Shown here in pieces: positions 50,307 through 61,055 of a stretch of 64,000 nucleotides of DNA. The notes beneath the pieces are model-generated. The model made no database searches. It saw nothing but the letters and a program-made list of their open reading frames with translations, and had not been told where the DNA came from. This DNA comes from Aquiluna sp. (GTDB taxonomy: Bacteria > Actinomycetota > Actinomycetes > Actinomycetales > Microbacteriaceae). The DNA lies in contig JAOHCW010000003.1 in assembly GCA_028095925.1 (NCBI GenBank), forward strand, positions 3,470 through 67,469, written 5' to 3'. Numbering within the stretch: the first letter of the stretch is position 1; every line of letters starts with the position of its first letter. The position numbers were made by a program, and so were the translations under genes.

Positions 50307-51400
50307 TGAGCGCGGTTTATCACCTGTTGGGCTAGCGCAGCCAGCATTTTGCGGCCCTGATCGCTGATCTCCAGATTTGCAAGCCCCTCGATCGCTCGGT
50401 TCGAGTGCTCCTCTATAAGCCGTTCTGTTTTATCAAGGGCTCCAGAATCTGTGATTGTCTGCCTCATGAACTCCAGTTGTTCAGCGTCGATTTCGCCGCC
50501 CATGAGTAGCTCATTGAAGATTCTTGCAACCGATGCCGGCAAAGTCTCTAGTGTGAGAGCAACCAATACCGTGCGCTTACCCTCTCTGAGGTCATCACCT
50601 GCCGGCTTGCCCGTCACCTCCGGGTCACCAAAGACTCCGAGCACATCGTCCCGAAGCTGGAATGCAAGCCCCAGCGGAATACCAAACTCGCTCAACATCT
50701 TGAGGTTTCCCCCAGCAGCTCCGGACAGAGCTGCGCCAATTAACAGTGGCGCCTCAAGGGAGTATTTGGCGGTCTTGTAGAGCATTACGCGGTTGGCAAT
50801 GGCAACGGCCTCAGACTGCTTGCGGATGGGGGCAGCGTTCTCCTCGAGGACGTCGAGGTATTGTCCGGCCATAACCTCAAATCGCATCTGTGAGAACTGC
50901 GTGCGACAGTTGGCCTCGTCCTCGGCACTGACCTCTTGGAGTGCTTGGCCGAATAGCTCCGAGCTCCAGGCCAACATCAGATCTCCAGTGAGGACCGAAC
51001 CTGCCATGCCGAACTTTGCCGGGCTGCCACTAAACGACTTCGTCTGGTGAAGAGTTTCAAAACGCTTGTGGATTGCGGGCTGGCCCCTGCGAGTATCGGA
51101 CTGATCGAGGAGGTCATCGTGAACAAGGGCTGCTGCATGGAACATCTCTAGAGCTGCAGCTACGCCAACGATGGGGGAGTCGATGGTTATGGAGTCCTGG
51201 ATGACCTCTTGGGGTTGATACCCGGCCCAGGACCAGAAGCAGAAAAGTGCGCGAAATCTTTTTCCCCCGGAAAGTAGGGATTGTGTGTAGTCAATGATTG
51301 GTTCTAGATCACTAGAGATTTCTAAAAGCTGGTGTCTTTTGTCCTCGCAGAAGTCATCTAGCCTCTGCTGGACGAGCTCTAGCAGGAAATTTTGAGGCAC
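50303..51400 (-). CDS. polyprenyl diphosphate synthase (IdsA2-like)
   Basis: GGKRFR, HDDLLD...RRG, FQLRDD, DLREGK. Confidence 0.92.
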   Translation of the reverse strand: MPQNFLLELVQQRLDDFCEDKRHQLLEISSDLEPIIDYTQSLLSGGKRFRALFCFWSWAGYQPQEVIQDSITIDSPIVGVAAALEMFHAAALVHDDLLDQSDTRRGQPAIHKRFETLHQTKSFSGSPAKFGMAGSVLTGDLMLAWSSELFGQALQEVSAEDEANCRTQFSQMRFEVMAGQYLDVLEENAAPIRKQSEAVAIANRVMLYKTAKYSLEAPLLIGAALSGAAGGNLKMLSEFGIPLGLAFQLRDDVLGVFGDPEVTGKPAGDDLREGKRTVLVALTLETLPASVARIFNELLMGGEIDAEQLEFMRQTITDSGALDKTERLIEEHSNRAIEGLANLEISDQGRKMLAALAQQVINRAH

Positions 51401-51456
51401 GCGGGATAGCCTAGCGGCACTTCGCTGTTTACAATTTAGAGGGAATGGAGAGCTAA

Positions 51457-51804
51457 ATGGCACTATCCGAAAACGAACAGCGACTGCTGGAGGAGATGGA
51501 GCGCAACCTCTTGCAAGAGGACGCGTCCCTCGACCAGAAGCTAAAGCGCGTGGGTTCGGTGAACCGCAGCGCGGGCAAGCTGGTTGCCGGCGTCCTGACG
51601 ATGATCGCGGGCATTGGCCTGCTTATTTTTGCCGTCGCAACCCAGGTGACCTTCATGGGTGTTGTTGCCTTCATCGTCATGGTGATTGGGTTGGTTGTGG
51701 CGTCCAGTAACTTCCGCCTGCCAGAGCTTCCAAAGACCAATTTCCAGTCCGGTGGTGGCTCATTCTTTGAAGATCGTTGGAATAACAGGTTCAATAACGA
51801 CTAA
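51457..51804 (+). CDS. DUF3040 family membrane protein
   Basis: LSE.EQRLL.EMER.L..ED, two TM helices, E.RW. Confidence 0.88.
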   Translation: MALSENEQRLLEEMERNLLQEDASLDQKLKRVGSVNRSAGKLVAGVLTMIAGIGLLIFAVATQVTFMGVVAFIVMVIGLVVASSNFRLPELPKTNFQSGGGSFFEDRWNNRFNND

Positions 51805-51822
51805 ACCTCTGAGTATTCGACT

Positions 51823-51850
51823 AACCCCCGCCAAACGGCGGGGGTTTTTT
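51823..51850 (+). terminator. intrinsic terminator
   Basis: AACCCCCGCC-AAAC-GGCGGGGGTT plus T tract. Confidence 0.85.
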
Positions 51851-51892
51851 CTTGCCCAAATTGTGATAAAAATGGTTGCGTTTTGAAACAAT

Positions 51893-51918
51893 GTGGAGCA
51901 AAGTGGAGTAAAGTGGGG
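51893..51918 (+). promoter_or_regulatory. MraZ binding direct repeats
   Basis: GTGGAG, GTGGAG, GTGGGG at 10-bp period upstream of mraZ. Confidence 0.8.
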
Positions 51919-51942
51919 AATAGCTAAGAAAGGGGTGCGGCG

Positions 51943-52374
51943 ATGTTGCTGGGTACTCATACTCCAAAGCTTGACGACAAAGGCCGCATCATCCTTCCCG
52001 CGAAGTTCCGCGATGAGCTCTCTGCTGGTGTGGTGGTAACCCGCGGACAGGAGCGTTGCCTATACGTCTTCTCAAAGAGTGAGTTCGAGTCCATCCACGA
52101 AAAGATTCGCCAAGCACCTGTCACCTCGGAGGAGGCCAGGAAGTATCTGCGTCTGTTTCTCTCAGGTGCTGCAGATGACACCCCCGACAAGCAGGGCAGG
52201 GTATTGGTTCCCCAGCTCCTGAGGGACTATGCAGGCCTCACCAAGGAGCTCGTCATCATCGGTGTCGGTTCCAGGGCTGAGATCTGGGATGCCGCTAGCT
52301 GGCAGGAATACCTCTCAAGCAATGAAGAGAAGTTTGCGACACAGGCGGAGGAGGTGATTCCGGGGCTGTTCTAG
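51943..52374 (+). CDS. mraZ: division/cell wall cluster regulator MraZ
   Basis: LDDKGR and DKQGR repeats. Confidence 0.96.
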   Translation: MLLGTHTPKLDDKGRIILPAKFRDELSAGVVVTRGQERCLYVFSKSEFESIHEKIRQAPVTSEEARKYLRLFLSGAADDTPDKQGRVLVPQLLRDYAGLTKELVIIGVGSRAEIWDAASWQEYLSSNEEKFATQAEEVIPGLF

Positions 52375-52473
52375 CCCTGCACTTTGGTCTCTGGCCGAGC
52401 CCGGCTTTCTTCCCCTAAGTCGGACCCCGTGAAAACCAAGCTCACGGATTCGGACAGGGACCAAAGGGTAGGG
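52375..52473 (+). ncRNA. mraW RNA motif (actinobacterial cis-element)
   Basis: long branched stem CTTTGGTCTCTG/CAGGGACCAAAG with CTTCCCC loop at 52409-52415, upstream of rsmH. Confidence 0.75.
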
Positions 52474-52491
52474 ATAGCTCCCCAAGAAACT

Positions 52492-53454
52492 ATGAGCAAT
52501 CTATCCTCCGAACTTCACCGCCCGGTAATGCTTGAGCGTTGCCTGGAGCTACTCAAACCCGGAATTCAAGGCAACAGTCCCGTGGTCGTGGACGCCACCC
52601 TCGGTCTTGGCGGACACACTGAAGCCCTCCTGAACTCCTTTGCAAACCTCCGCGTCGTAGGTCTTGATAGGGATCCGGTCGCCCTAGAGCTCGCTACCGA
52701 GAGGCTGGCAAGCTTTGGGTCCAGGTTCACTCCGGTGCTTGCCGTCTTCGACGAGTTCTCGGAGGTCCTTGAGGATCTGGCAATCGAGCAAATTGATGGC
52801 GCGCTTTTTGACCTTGGCGTTAGCTCAATGCAGCTTGATCAGCGCGACCGGGGCTTTGCCTATGCGCAGGAGGCACCGCTTGACATGCGGATGGACCAGA
52901 CCGCGGGTAGAACCGCTGCCGACCTCCTAGCCAATTTGGATGTCGAGGAGCTAACCAAAATCTTCCGCGATTTTGGTGAGGAGCGATTCGCCTTCCCAAT
53001 TGCCAAAAAGATAGTTGCGCAAAGGGATCTAAGCCCAGTTGCTTCCAGCGCCGAGCTAAACGAAATTGTCGAGTCGGTAGTTCCCAAGGCCCCTGGTAAG
53101 CAGTCCGGGCACCCGGCCAAGCGGATCTATCAGGCCCTGCGCATTGCCGTGAATGAGGAACTGGAGGTTCTCGAGCGAGCACTTCCCCAAGCAATCGAGG
53201 CACTCAGACCAGGAGCGTCAATCGTGGTGATGTCCTATCACTCTCTCGAGGACCAGATCACCAAAGACTCACTTCGCAAGGCTGCCACGAGCCAGAGCCC
53301 GATTGAGCTTCCAGTCGAGCTGCCAGGAATGGGCCCAAGTTTGAGCATGATCACCAAGGGCGTGGAGCGGGCCGGAGAGACCGAACTTTCTAATAATCCT
53401 CGAGCGGCATCAGCAAGGCTTCGGGCAGCCAGGAAGCTGGAGAAGAGCGCATGA
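52492..53454 (+). CDS. rsmH: 16S rRNA m4C1402 methyltransferase
   Basis: H.PVM, DATLGLGGH, DLGVSS.QLD, LDMRMD, NPRA.SA. Confidence 0.96.
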   Translation: MSNLSSELHRPVMLERCLELLKPGIQGNSPVVVDATLGLGGHTEALLNSFANLRVVGLDRDPVALELATERLASFGSRFTPVLAVFDEFSEVLEDLAIEQIDGALFDLGVSSMQLDQRDRGFAYAQEAPLDMRMDQTAGRTAADLLANLDVEELTKIFRDFGEERFAFPIAKKIVAQRDLSPVASSAELNEIVESVVPKAPGKQSGHPAKRIYQALRIAVNEELEVLERALPQAIEALRPGASIVVMSYHSLEDQITKDSLRKAATSQSPIELPVELPGMGPSLSMITKGVERAGETELSNNPRAASARLRAARKLEKSA

Positions 53455-53969
53455 GAGTAATGATGCTCAGCGAGCAGGACGCCAGAAAGCTAAGGCCTAG
53501 CGTCATCGCCGGACTCATTTTTGTTCTGGGCATTGTCTTGGTTTATGTGGTTCAGCTCTCGCTAAACATGGTTCTCACTCAGGACGCCTACAAGCTCTCT
53601 CAACTTATGGCTGAAAAACGTCAACTCGCCACCGAGGTGCAGATTATTCAGGAGGAAGTGGATTCTCTGGCCTCGCCTCAGAACCTTGCGGATGCTGCCA
53701 ACCGCCTTGGAATGGTCGCAAACCCAGCTTCGGTGCTCTTGGACATTCGCTCGGGCAAGGTGTTTGGCGATCCCGTTCCGGCAGACCCCGATGAGACGGC
53801 TGTTGCGAGTGCCAACATGGTGGCCAATGCGGCCCTCGGCACGGTATCTGAGTTCAGCCCCAGCACCATTGCAGCAAGTGGCTTCGATATCAGTGTTGCA
53901 ATCGTCTCGGACGCAGATTCTGCTCTAGCTTTGGATTCAGGACTTATTCCGGCATCCCCGACCAGGTAG
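53451..53969 (+). CDS. ftsL: FtsL-like cell division protein
   Basis: single TM, coiled coil, L...A..LGM; between rsmH and ftsI. Confidence 0.75.
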   Translation: MRVMMLSEQDARKLRPSVIAGLIFVLGIVLVYVVQLSLNMVLTQDAYKLSQLMAEKRQLATEVQIIQEEVDSLASPQNLADAANRLGMVANPASVLLDIRSGKVFGDPVPADPDETAVASANMVANAALGTVSEFSPSTIAASGFDISVAIVSDADSALALDSGLIPASPTR

Positions 53970-53974
53970 GCAAT

Positions 53975-55747
53975 ATGGGCACTCACGCTAAATTGACCTC
54001 CCGTCTAACAGCTTTTGTGCTTCTTCTCTTTGTCCTGGTGGGTGCTCTTGGTTGGCGTCTGGTGGATTTTCAGGTCGTGCGTGCCGAGGAAATTCAAGAA
54101 AAATCTCTCGAGCGCCGAAGCGTAACTCAGACCCTGACAGCACTGCGTGGCGACATTCTCGACAGCAGTGGGCAGGTACTTGCCAGAACCGTTTTTAGGT
54201 ACGACGTAAACGCCGCGCCAAAGAACGTTGGCCCAGTGTTTAGGGCAGAGGACGGAGTCGTCACCGAGCACTCTGTTGAGGCAATAGCCATGGAGCTTGC
54301 CCCTCTGTTGGGACTAAGCCTTGAGGAGCTGTTGCCACGACTTGAGGGCGATAGTGAATACGCAAACCTTGCAAAGGCCGTGGATGCGGCAACCTATAAC
54401 GCCATCAGGGACCTTAGGGTGCCATGGATCTACTTTGATCAGTTCTCCGATCGGCTCTACCCAAACGGAGCGGTCGGGGGCAACCTAATCGGCTTTGTGG
54501 GTAGTGACGGAACGCCCCTTGCTGGCCTCGAGAGACAGTTCAATAGCTGCCTCGCAGGAGTAGATGGCCAAGAGAAGTATGAGCGCTCTGCCGAGGGTGT
54601 GCGGATTCCGACCTCCAATGTCGTCACACAGCCCACCCAGGATGGTGGAAACCTCAATCTCACAATTGATTCGAACCTGCAGTTTTTTGCTCAGCAGGTT
54701 CTTGCCGACACTGTCGCAGAGCTGAATGCCGACTGGGCCAGCGCGATCGTAATAGAGGTCGAAACAGGCAGAATTCTGGCTGCTGCTGAAGCGCCGACCG
54801 TAGATCCAAATGAACCCGCTGCCACCGATGCAGGCAATCGCGGGAGCAAGATCATGCAGTTTGCTTTTGAGCCGGGCTCGATTATGAAGTCGATTTCCTC
54901 CGCAATGATTTTGGATTCGGGTGCCGCGAACGAATTTGAGACCAAGAAAGCTCCCGACCGTCTTCAGCTTGACTACGGGGAGTCAATCAAGGACAGCTTC
55001 GATCACGATGAGTTCGATCTGAGCCTGGCTGGTGTTCTCCGTTACAGCTCTAACACTGGCATCTATGCCTTTGGCATGGAGGTTGACGAGAAAGAGCGCT
55101 TCAACTACCTCCAGGACTTTGGCTTTGGGTCTACCAGTGGTCTGAACTTCGAGGGCGAGAGCTCGGGAATTCTCAGGCCCTATGAAGATTGGCAGTATGC
55201 CGACAAATACACCCACCTATTCGGCCAGGGTGTCTCCGTAACGGCGCTGCAGATGGGTTTTGCCTATCAGGCCATCGCCAATGGCGGAGTGCGGCTAGAC
55301 CCGATCCTGGTTGACAGCTGCACTGGCCCCGGCGGCGAGGTTCTGTATGAGCCTGATCAAAAGGGTTATCGGGTCATTTCAGAGGCAAATGCGGACCTAA
55401 ATCTCCAGCTGATGGAGAAGGTGGTCGAGTTTGGTGGCGTTGGTAAGACGGCCGCAATTGAGGACTACCGGGTCGCCGGAAAGACTGGCACCGCCCAGAT
55501 CCGCGAAGGGGACGGTTATGGCGAGAGATACGCAATCTCCTTCTATGGCGTCGCCCCGGTTGAGAACCCGAGGTTCGTAGTCGGAGTCACAATCTATAGG
55601 CCCGAGGGGGTTAGCAACTCCGCAAAGGCAACCCCACCTTTCAAGGCGATTATGCAGCAGGCCCTAAAGCACTATCGCGTGCCGCCATCGACCACGACTT
55701 CTCGTGACGACATCCCATCAAACCGGTTTGGTGAACCAGGTGCCTAG
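53975..55747 (+). CDS. ftsI: class B penicillin-binding protein
   Basis: EPGSIMK (SxxK), SSN, KTG. Confidence 0.93.
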   Translation: MGTHAKLTSRLTAFVLLLFVLVGALGWRLVDFQVVRAEEIQEKSLERRSVTQTLTALRGDILDSSGQVLARTVFRYDVNAAPKNVGPVFRAEDGVVTEHSVEAIAMELAPLLGLSLEELLPRLEGDSEYANLAKAVDAATYNAIRDLRVPWIYFDQFSDRLYPNGAVGGNLIGFVGSDGTPLAGLERQFNSCLAGVDGQEKYERSAEGVRIPTSNVVTQPTQDGGNLNLTIDSNLQFFAQQVLADTVAELNADWASAIVIEVETGRILAAAEAPTVDPNEPAATDAGNRGSKIMQFAFEPGSIMKSISSAMILDSGAANEFETKKAPDRLQLDYGESIKDSFDHDEFDLSLAGVLRYSSNTGIYAFGMEVDEKERFNYLQDFGFGSTSGLNFEGESSGILRPYEDWQYADKYTHLFGQGVSVTALQMGFAYQAIANGGVRLDPILVDSCTGPGGEVLYEPDQKGYRVISEANADLNLQLMEKVVEFGGVGKTAAIEDYRVAGKTGTAQIREGDGYGERYAISFYGVAPVENPRFVVGVTIYRPEGVSNSAKATPPFKAIMQQALKHYRVPPSTTTSRDDIPSNRFGEPGA

Positions 55748-57137
55748 TCTTGCAAGCATTGCCAGCAAGTTCGGGGGCCAGCTTTCTTCCGGAGGTGAAC
55801 TGGTTCCCTCCGGTGTTGCAATTGGCTCGGCCTTCGTAGAACCCGGCTACCTTTTTGTTGCCGTCCAGGGAGCCAAGTCTCACGGCTTAGATTTTTTAGA
55901 TGAGGCTATTTCTAAAGGAGCGGTAGGGCTACTCACCGACACCCCCGGTGAATACCCGCTACCAACAATTCTCCACCCCGATCCCAGGTCCATCGCAGGC
56001 CTTGTCTCCGCAGAAATATTCGATTCGGGCAAGGTCAGCCTGATTGGAATCACCGGAACTAACGGCAAGACTTCAACCGCGATTTACCTCCAGCGACTCC
56101 TCACAGCTCTTGGAGAGAGCACGGGGCTAATCACAAGTCACCAGCAGCTAGTTGGAGACCAAGTTTTTGACAGTGAACTCACGACCCCCGAGGCTCCCAG
56201 GCTTCACCAGCTGCTTCACAAAATGCAGCTGGCTAGCCAGAACCGAGCCGTAGTTGAGGTCTCCGCTCAGGCGCTAACGAGAGCCCGAGTCCAGGGCCTT
56301 AGGTTCCAGGTTGCTGGATTTGCCAACCTCTCAAGAGACCACCTTGATGATTATGGCGACATGGATAGTTACCTTGAGGCCAAGCAGGCGCTTTTCACCT
56401 CTCAGTACTCTGATCGGGCTGCCGTGGTTTGTGAGGATGAATGGGGCAAGAAACTATTTGAACAAATAGAGATTCCCAAGGTGGGTATTGGCGATCACCT
56501 CGGTTACCAGCTGGAGCTATCACCAAAGGGATTCAAGATCTCTGGGTCCGCTGAGGTAGCCGCTGAGTTAGATGTTGCCGGCCCGATGGCAAAAAACCTC
56601 GCGCTAGCAAGCATTCTTGCCATTGAGGCTGGGTTCCACCCTACTGAGGTCCAGAACGCGCTTGAGAGCATCGAGCTGAGCATTCCCGGCCGGCTTGAGG
56701 CTGTTGATGCAGCTGGCAACGTATTCGTCGATTATGCCCACACCCCAGCCGGAGTCGCCGCGAGTGTTCAGCATCTTTTGAGCACCAGGGGAGAGTTAGT
56801 TGTAGTACTTGGGGCATCTGGAAATCGCGACAAGGGTAAACGCGCTGAGATGGCGCGAGCATGCTCGGGCGCTTTGAGGCTGTATGTGACAGACCAACAT
56901 CCGCGGGACGAGGACCCCGCCGCAATTAGAACCGCGCTGATGTCTGCCGCACTAGAGGTGGGTCTTGATGCCGTTGAGGTTGCAGACCCGGCCGAGGCTA
57001 TCTCGCAGGCAATTGGGTATGCCTCTGGAGGAGCGGTGTTGTGGTGCGGTCCGGGAGCACTTGGTTATCGGGAGATTGCCGGCAAAAAAGTCCCCTTTGA
57101 TGCTCGAAAGATCGCCAGAGAGGTCGCAGGCTCATGA
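55731..57137 (+). CDS. murE: Mur ligase MurE (start uncertain, 55704-55740)
   Basis: GITGTNGKTS, TTPEA, DHLD, DYAHTP; position after ftsI. Confidence 0.9.
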   Translation: MNQVPSLASIASKFGGQLSSGGELVPSGVAIGSAFVEPGYLFVAVQGAKSHGLDFLDEAISKGAVGLLTDTPGEYPLPTILHPDPRSIAGLVSAEIFDSGKVSLIGITGTNGKTSTAIYLQRLLTALGESTGLITSHQQLVGDQVFDSELTTPEAPRLHQLLHKMQLASQNRAVVEVSAQALTRARVQGLRFQVAGFANLSRDHLDDYGDMDSYLEAKQALFTSQYSDRAAVVCEDEWGKKLFEQIEIPKVGIGDHLGYQLELSPKGFKISGSAEVAAELDVAGPMAKNLALASILAIEAGFHPTEVQNALESIELSIPGRLEAVDAAGNVFVDYAHTPAGVAASVQHLLSTRGELVVVLGASGNRDKGKRAEMARACSGALRLYVTDQHPRDEDPAAIRTALMSAALEVGLDAVEVADPAEAISQAIGYASGGAVLWCGPGALGYREIAGKKVPFDARKIAREVAGS

Positions 57138-58522
57138 TCTCGATGTCTCTTGAAGAGATTGCAGTTGCCGTATCTGGAGAAATCTATAAAGGCGAGCCAG
57201 AGACATTGGTATCCGGTGTTTGCGACACAGATTCTAGGAAGATTCAGCCGGGAGGCATATTCTTTGCCAAGCTCGGTGAGAGCGAGGATGGGCACAAGTA
57301 CCTCGTAGACGCAGCGCTCTCAGGTGCTGCGCTGGCAATAGTTTCCACTCCAAAGGAAGATCTCGAAACCGACCAGATCGTGGTCGTTGATACCGTTGCA
57401 GCGCTCAGCAAGCTCGCCGAAGCAGTTCTGAACAGGGTGCGAGCAGGGGGTCAGCTGAAGGTTGTAGGAATTACCGGCAGTAACGGCAAGACCTCAACAA
57501 AGAACATGCTTGGCGCGATTCTCGGTCCCAAGGGAAAAACAGTTGTTCCAGTTGCGTCCTACAACAACGAGGTCGGATTACCACTAACTGTGCTGCGGAT
57601 TGAACAGGACACCAAGTTCTTGGTGCTAGAACTTGGGGCAGCAGGTTTGGGGTCTATTGCAAAGCTAGCAAGCTGGACAAAGCCCGACATCGGTGTGCAG
57701 CTGAAGGTGGGAATGGCGCATGCGGGTGAGTTTGGCGGTATCGAGGTCACCGAGAAGATAAAGGCAGAGATCATGCCATTTATCCAATCCACTGCCATTT
57801 TGAACTTTGACGACGCCCGAGTAAGAGGCTTTGAGTTTGCGGGTAAGCGGGTTGGCTTTGGATTTAGCGAGGATGCGCAGGTAAGGATCTTGAGCACTCA
57901 GCTGACGCTAGAGGGCACCAAGGTTGTGATCAGCATCGAGGGAGCCGACCCGATAGCGGTCCAGCTCAAGATTCTTGGTGAGCACCACGCAATGAATTTT
58001 GCTGCCTCACTTGCGACCGCAATGGTGCTCGGAGTTTCGCCTGAAGACTCCGCTGAGGCTGTTTCGAGGCTGGATGCTCCAGAGCGTTGGAGAATGCAGC
58101 TTATTCAGAGTCCCGATGGCTTCTCCGTGATTAACGATGCCTACAACGCCTCGCCAGACTCAATGCGCTCCGCACTTCAATCCCTAGCTGTTTTGGGCAG
58201 GCAGGGAAACCGCACGGTGGCAGTTCTTGGCTACATGGCTGAGTTGGGGGAGTATTCCGCCATGGAGCACGATGCCATCGGAAGGCTTGTGGTCAGACTC
58301 AATATCGACCAGCTTTTCGTCATTGGGGAAGAGGCGAAACTGATTCACATGGGGGCCATGCAGGAGGGCAGCTGGGATGGCGAGAGTCAATTCATCGAGT
58401 CGATAAGCACAGCTTTTGAGGCTATCCGTGAAAAGCTATTGCCTGGCGACGTGGTGTTGGTGAAATCGAGTAACGTCTCTGGGCTTAGGTTCCTCGGTGA
58501 TGATTTGGCGGGTGTGAAGTGA
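57134..58522 (+). CDS. murF: UDP-MurNAc-tripeptide-D-Ala-D-Ala ligase
   Basis: [27 protein letters not shown]. Confidence 0.94.
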   Translation: MISMSLEEIAVAVSGEIYKGEPETLVSGVCDTDSRKIQPGGIFFAKLGESEDGHKYLVDAALSGAALAIVSTPKEDLETDQIVVVDTVAALSKLAEAVLNRVRAGGQLKVVGITGSNGKTSTKNMLGAILGPKGKTVVPVASYNNEVGLPLTVLRIEQDTKFLVLELGAAGLGSIAKLASWTKPDIGVQLKVGMAHAGEFGGIEVTEKIKAEIMPFIQSTAILNFDDARVRGFEFAGKRVGFGFSEDAQVRILSTQLTLEGTKVVISIEGADPIAVQLKILGEHHAMNFAASLATAMVLGVSPEDSAEAVSRLDAPERWRMQLIQSPDGFSVINDAYNASPDSMRSALQSLAVLGRQGNRTVAVLGYMAELGEYSAMEHDAIGRLVVRLNIDQLFVIGEEAKLIHMGAMQEGSWDGESQFIESISTAFEAIREKLLPGDVVLVKSSNVSGLRFLGDDLAGVK

Positions 58523-59622
58523 GAGCGCTACTAGCCGCCGGCGGCATTTCACTATTTATCTCGCTTTTTGCGACTCCCGCATTCATTCAACTTTTCAAGA
58601 AGCTTCAGTGGGGGCAGTTCATCAGAGACGATGGACCGCAGACCCACCACACCAAGCGTGGAACGCCGACCATGGGTGGTTTGGTTATTCTCGCCGCCGC
58701 AATCGTTGGTTACTTCGTTGCCAAGCTGGTAAACGGTGAGACTCCTTCGGCCTCAGCGTTGCTTGTGCTATTGATGATGACCGGGCTGGGTCTGGTTGGG
58801 TTTGTGGATGACCTCTTGAAAGTCCGCAATCAGAGATCGCTTGGCCTGAGCGGCTGGGCCAAGATCGGAGGACAGGCTGCGGTAGCCATAGCCTTTGCCG
58901 TTCTGGCGCTGCAGTTCCCCAATGACCGTGGGCTGACTCCCGCGAGCACGAACATCTCATTATTTAGAGACCTGCCCCTTGACCTGTTTTTCTGGGGCTC
59001 GATCGTAGGTATGGGGTTGTTTGTGCTTTGGGTGTTTCTGTTGGTTGCATCCAGCTCAAACGGTGTGAACATTGCCGATGGGCTAGATGGCCTGGCATCA
59101 GGCTCGGCAATCTTTGCAATCGGCGCCTATGTCATCATCGGCTTTTGGCAGTTCAACCAGTCGTGTAGGACGGCTGTCGAAAACATCGCTGCCTGTTACG
59201 AGGTGAGGGATCCACTCGATGTCGCGGTTGTGGCTGCTGCGATAGTGGGAGCCTGCGTTGGTTTTCTGTGGTGGAACACCTCTCCCGCTCAGCTATTCAT
59301 GGGCGACACCGGCTCGCTCGGCCTAGGCGGAGCACTCGCTGCTCTCGCTGTGGTGAGCAGAACCGAACTCCTATTGATACTGATAGGCGGAATCTTCGTT
59401 ATTGTGACCGGGTCGGTGGTAATTCAACGGGCCTACTTCAAGCTCACAAAAAAGATCTATGGCAAAGGTCGCAGAGTCTTCCGGATGTCTCCGCTTCACC
59501 ATCACTTTGAGCTCAAGGGCTGGGCGGAGATCACCATTGTCGTGAGGTTTTGGATCATCGCAGCACTCTGTGTTGCGGCCGGAGTTGGACTGTTCTATGT
59601 GGAGTGGATTTACGGACTATGA
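58519..59622 (+). CDS. mraY: phospho-N-acetylmuramoyl-pentapeptide transferase
   Basis: [29 protein letters not shown]. Confidence 0.96.
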   Translation: MRALLAAGGISLFISLFATPAFIQLFKKLQWGQFIRDDGPQTHHTKRGTPTMGGLVILAAAIVGYFVAKLVNGETPSASALLVLLMMTGLGLVGFVDDLLKVRNQRSLGLSGWAKIGGQAAVAIAFAVLALQFPNDRGLTPASTNISLFRDLPLDLFFWGSIVGMGLFVLWVFLLVASSSNGVNIADGLDGLASGSAIFAIGAYVIIGFWQFNQSCRTAVENIAACYEVRDPLDVAVVAAAIVGACVGFLWWNTSPAQLFMGDTGSLGLGGALAALAVVSRTELLLILIGGIFVIVTGSVVIQRAYFKLTKKIYGKGRRVFRMSPLHHHFELKGWAEITIVVRFWIIAALCVAAGVGLFYVEWIYGL

Positions 59623-61055
59623 GCCTTCCAACCTCTTGGCACGAGGACTGGTCGCAGCTTAGGGCTGTAGTTCTAGGCCTAGGTAAGTCCGGGTTTAGCG
59701 CTCTGGACACCCTCGTAGAACTTGGCGTTGAGGCTGTCGCAGTCGGCGGGTCTGCAGATGAGCGACTTGTTGACCTTGCTGAGGTGATTGGCTCAAGGTT
59801 CATTTTCGACGAGACTCCAAAGGTCCTAGATCAACTTGGCTTCGCCCCTGATGTCGCAGTGGTATCACCTGGTTTTGCCCCCTCGCATCCGCTTGTCAAA
59901 GAACTCGAAAATCGAAAAGTAACGCTAATTACCGACATCGACCTTGCCTACAGGCTCCGTGACAAGACCTCGAGGGTCGCGAGGTGGATCGTGGTAACCG
60001 GGACCAACGGTAAGACCACGACATGCGAGCTCACGGCCGCGATGCTGGCTGCCGACGGACAAAGGGCAGTTGCGTGCGGCAACATTGGAAACCCAATTCT
60101 TGATGCGATTAGAGACCCCGAGGGCTTTGACTTTTTGGTGGTGGAGCTATCAAGCTTCCAACTTCACTACCTCGGAGAGATTCACCCTCTTGCAAGTGCC
60201 TTTTTGAACCTGGCAGAAGATCACCTGGACTGGCATGGGGACGGGCAGAGCTACTTTGAGGCAAAGAGCAAGATCTACCTCGGCACCGAGGTCGCAATTG
60301 TCTTCAACGAGCAGGACCCCAAGACGTTGGAAGCTGCCCAGCAGGCCGATGTTTTAGAGGGCTGCAGGGCAATCGCGTTTTCTCTTTTCACACCCCAGAA
60401 GTCTGCGGTTGGCTTTGTTGAGGACATTTTGGTGGACAGGGCTTTCTTGGCAAACCGTGCTGAAGAGGCACTTGAGATAGCGACGGAGTCAGAGCTTTCC
60501 CAGATTGGACCGGTTAGTGACCAGCTCAGAGCAAACGTTGCAGCGGCAACGGCACTCGCGCGAGCTGCGGATGTGCCTCCACAGGCAATAAGGCGGGCAA
60601 TCACGTCCTTCAAGCTCTCACCGCATCGCAACCAACCAGTGGCCGAGATTGGTGGAGTGCTCTATGTGAATGATTCCAAGGCAACTAATGCTCATGCCGC
60701 AAGCAGCTCACTTTCCGCCTACGATTCGGTGGTCTGGATCGTTGGGGGACTTTTCAAGGGTGTGGACCCTGCCGAGCTCATCAAAAAGCACGGCACAAGG
60801 CTCAGAGCCGCTGTCCTAATAGGTAGCGAGACTGAGCAACTCGCGAAGCTGTTCTCCGAGCTAATGCCGGACACTGCAATTAGTGTCATTTCAGGTGATT
60901 CTGTGATGAAAGATGCCGTTTTGGCCGCACAAACTCTGGCCGAGCCAGGGGACACCGTGCTGCTGGCGCCAGCGGCGGCATCGATGGACCAATTTAGGGA
61001 CTATGCCGACCGGGGTGAGACCTTCGTGAGGGCTGTTGGGGAGCTGAGCGCATGA
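59619..61055 (+). CDS. murD: UDP-MurNAc-L-Ala-D-Glu ligase
   Basis: [33 protein letters not shown]. Confidence 0.95.
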   Translation: MSLPTSWHEDWSQLRAVVLGLGKSGFSALDTLVELGVEAVAVGGSADERLVDLAEVIGSRFIFDETPKVLDQLGFAPDVAVVSPGFAPSHPLVKELENRKVTLITDIDLAYRLRDKTSRVARWIVVTGTNGKTTTCELTAAMLAADGQRAVACGNIGNPILDAIRDPEGFDFLVVELSSFQLHYLGEIHPLASAFLNLAEDHLDWHGDGQSYFEAKSKIYLGTEVAIVFNEQDPKTLEAAQQADVLEGCRAIAFSLFTPQKSAVGFVEDILVDRAFLANRAEEALEIATESELSQIGPVSDQLRANVAAATALARAADVPPQAIRRAITSFKLSPHRNQPVAEIGGVLYVNDSKATNAHAASSSLSAYDSVVWIVGGLFKGVDPAELIKKHGTRLRAAVLIGSETEQLAKLFSELMPDTAISVISGDSVMKDAVLAAQTLAEPGDTVLLAPAAASMDQFRDYADRGETFVRAVGELSA

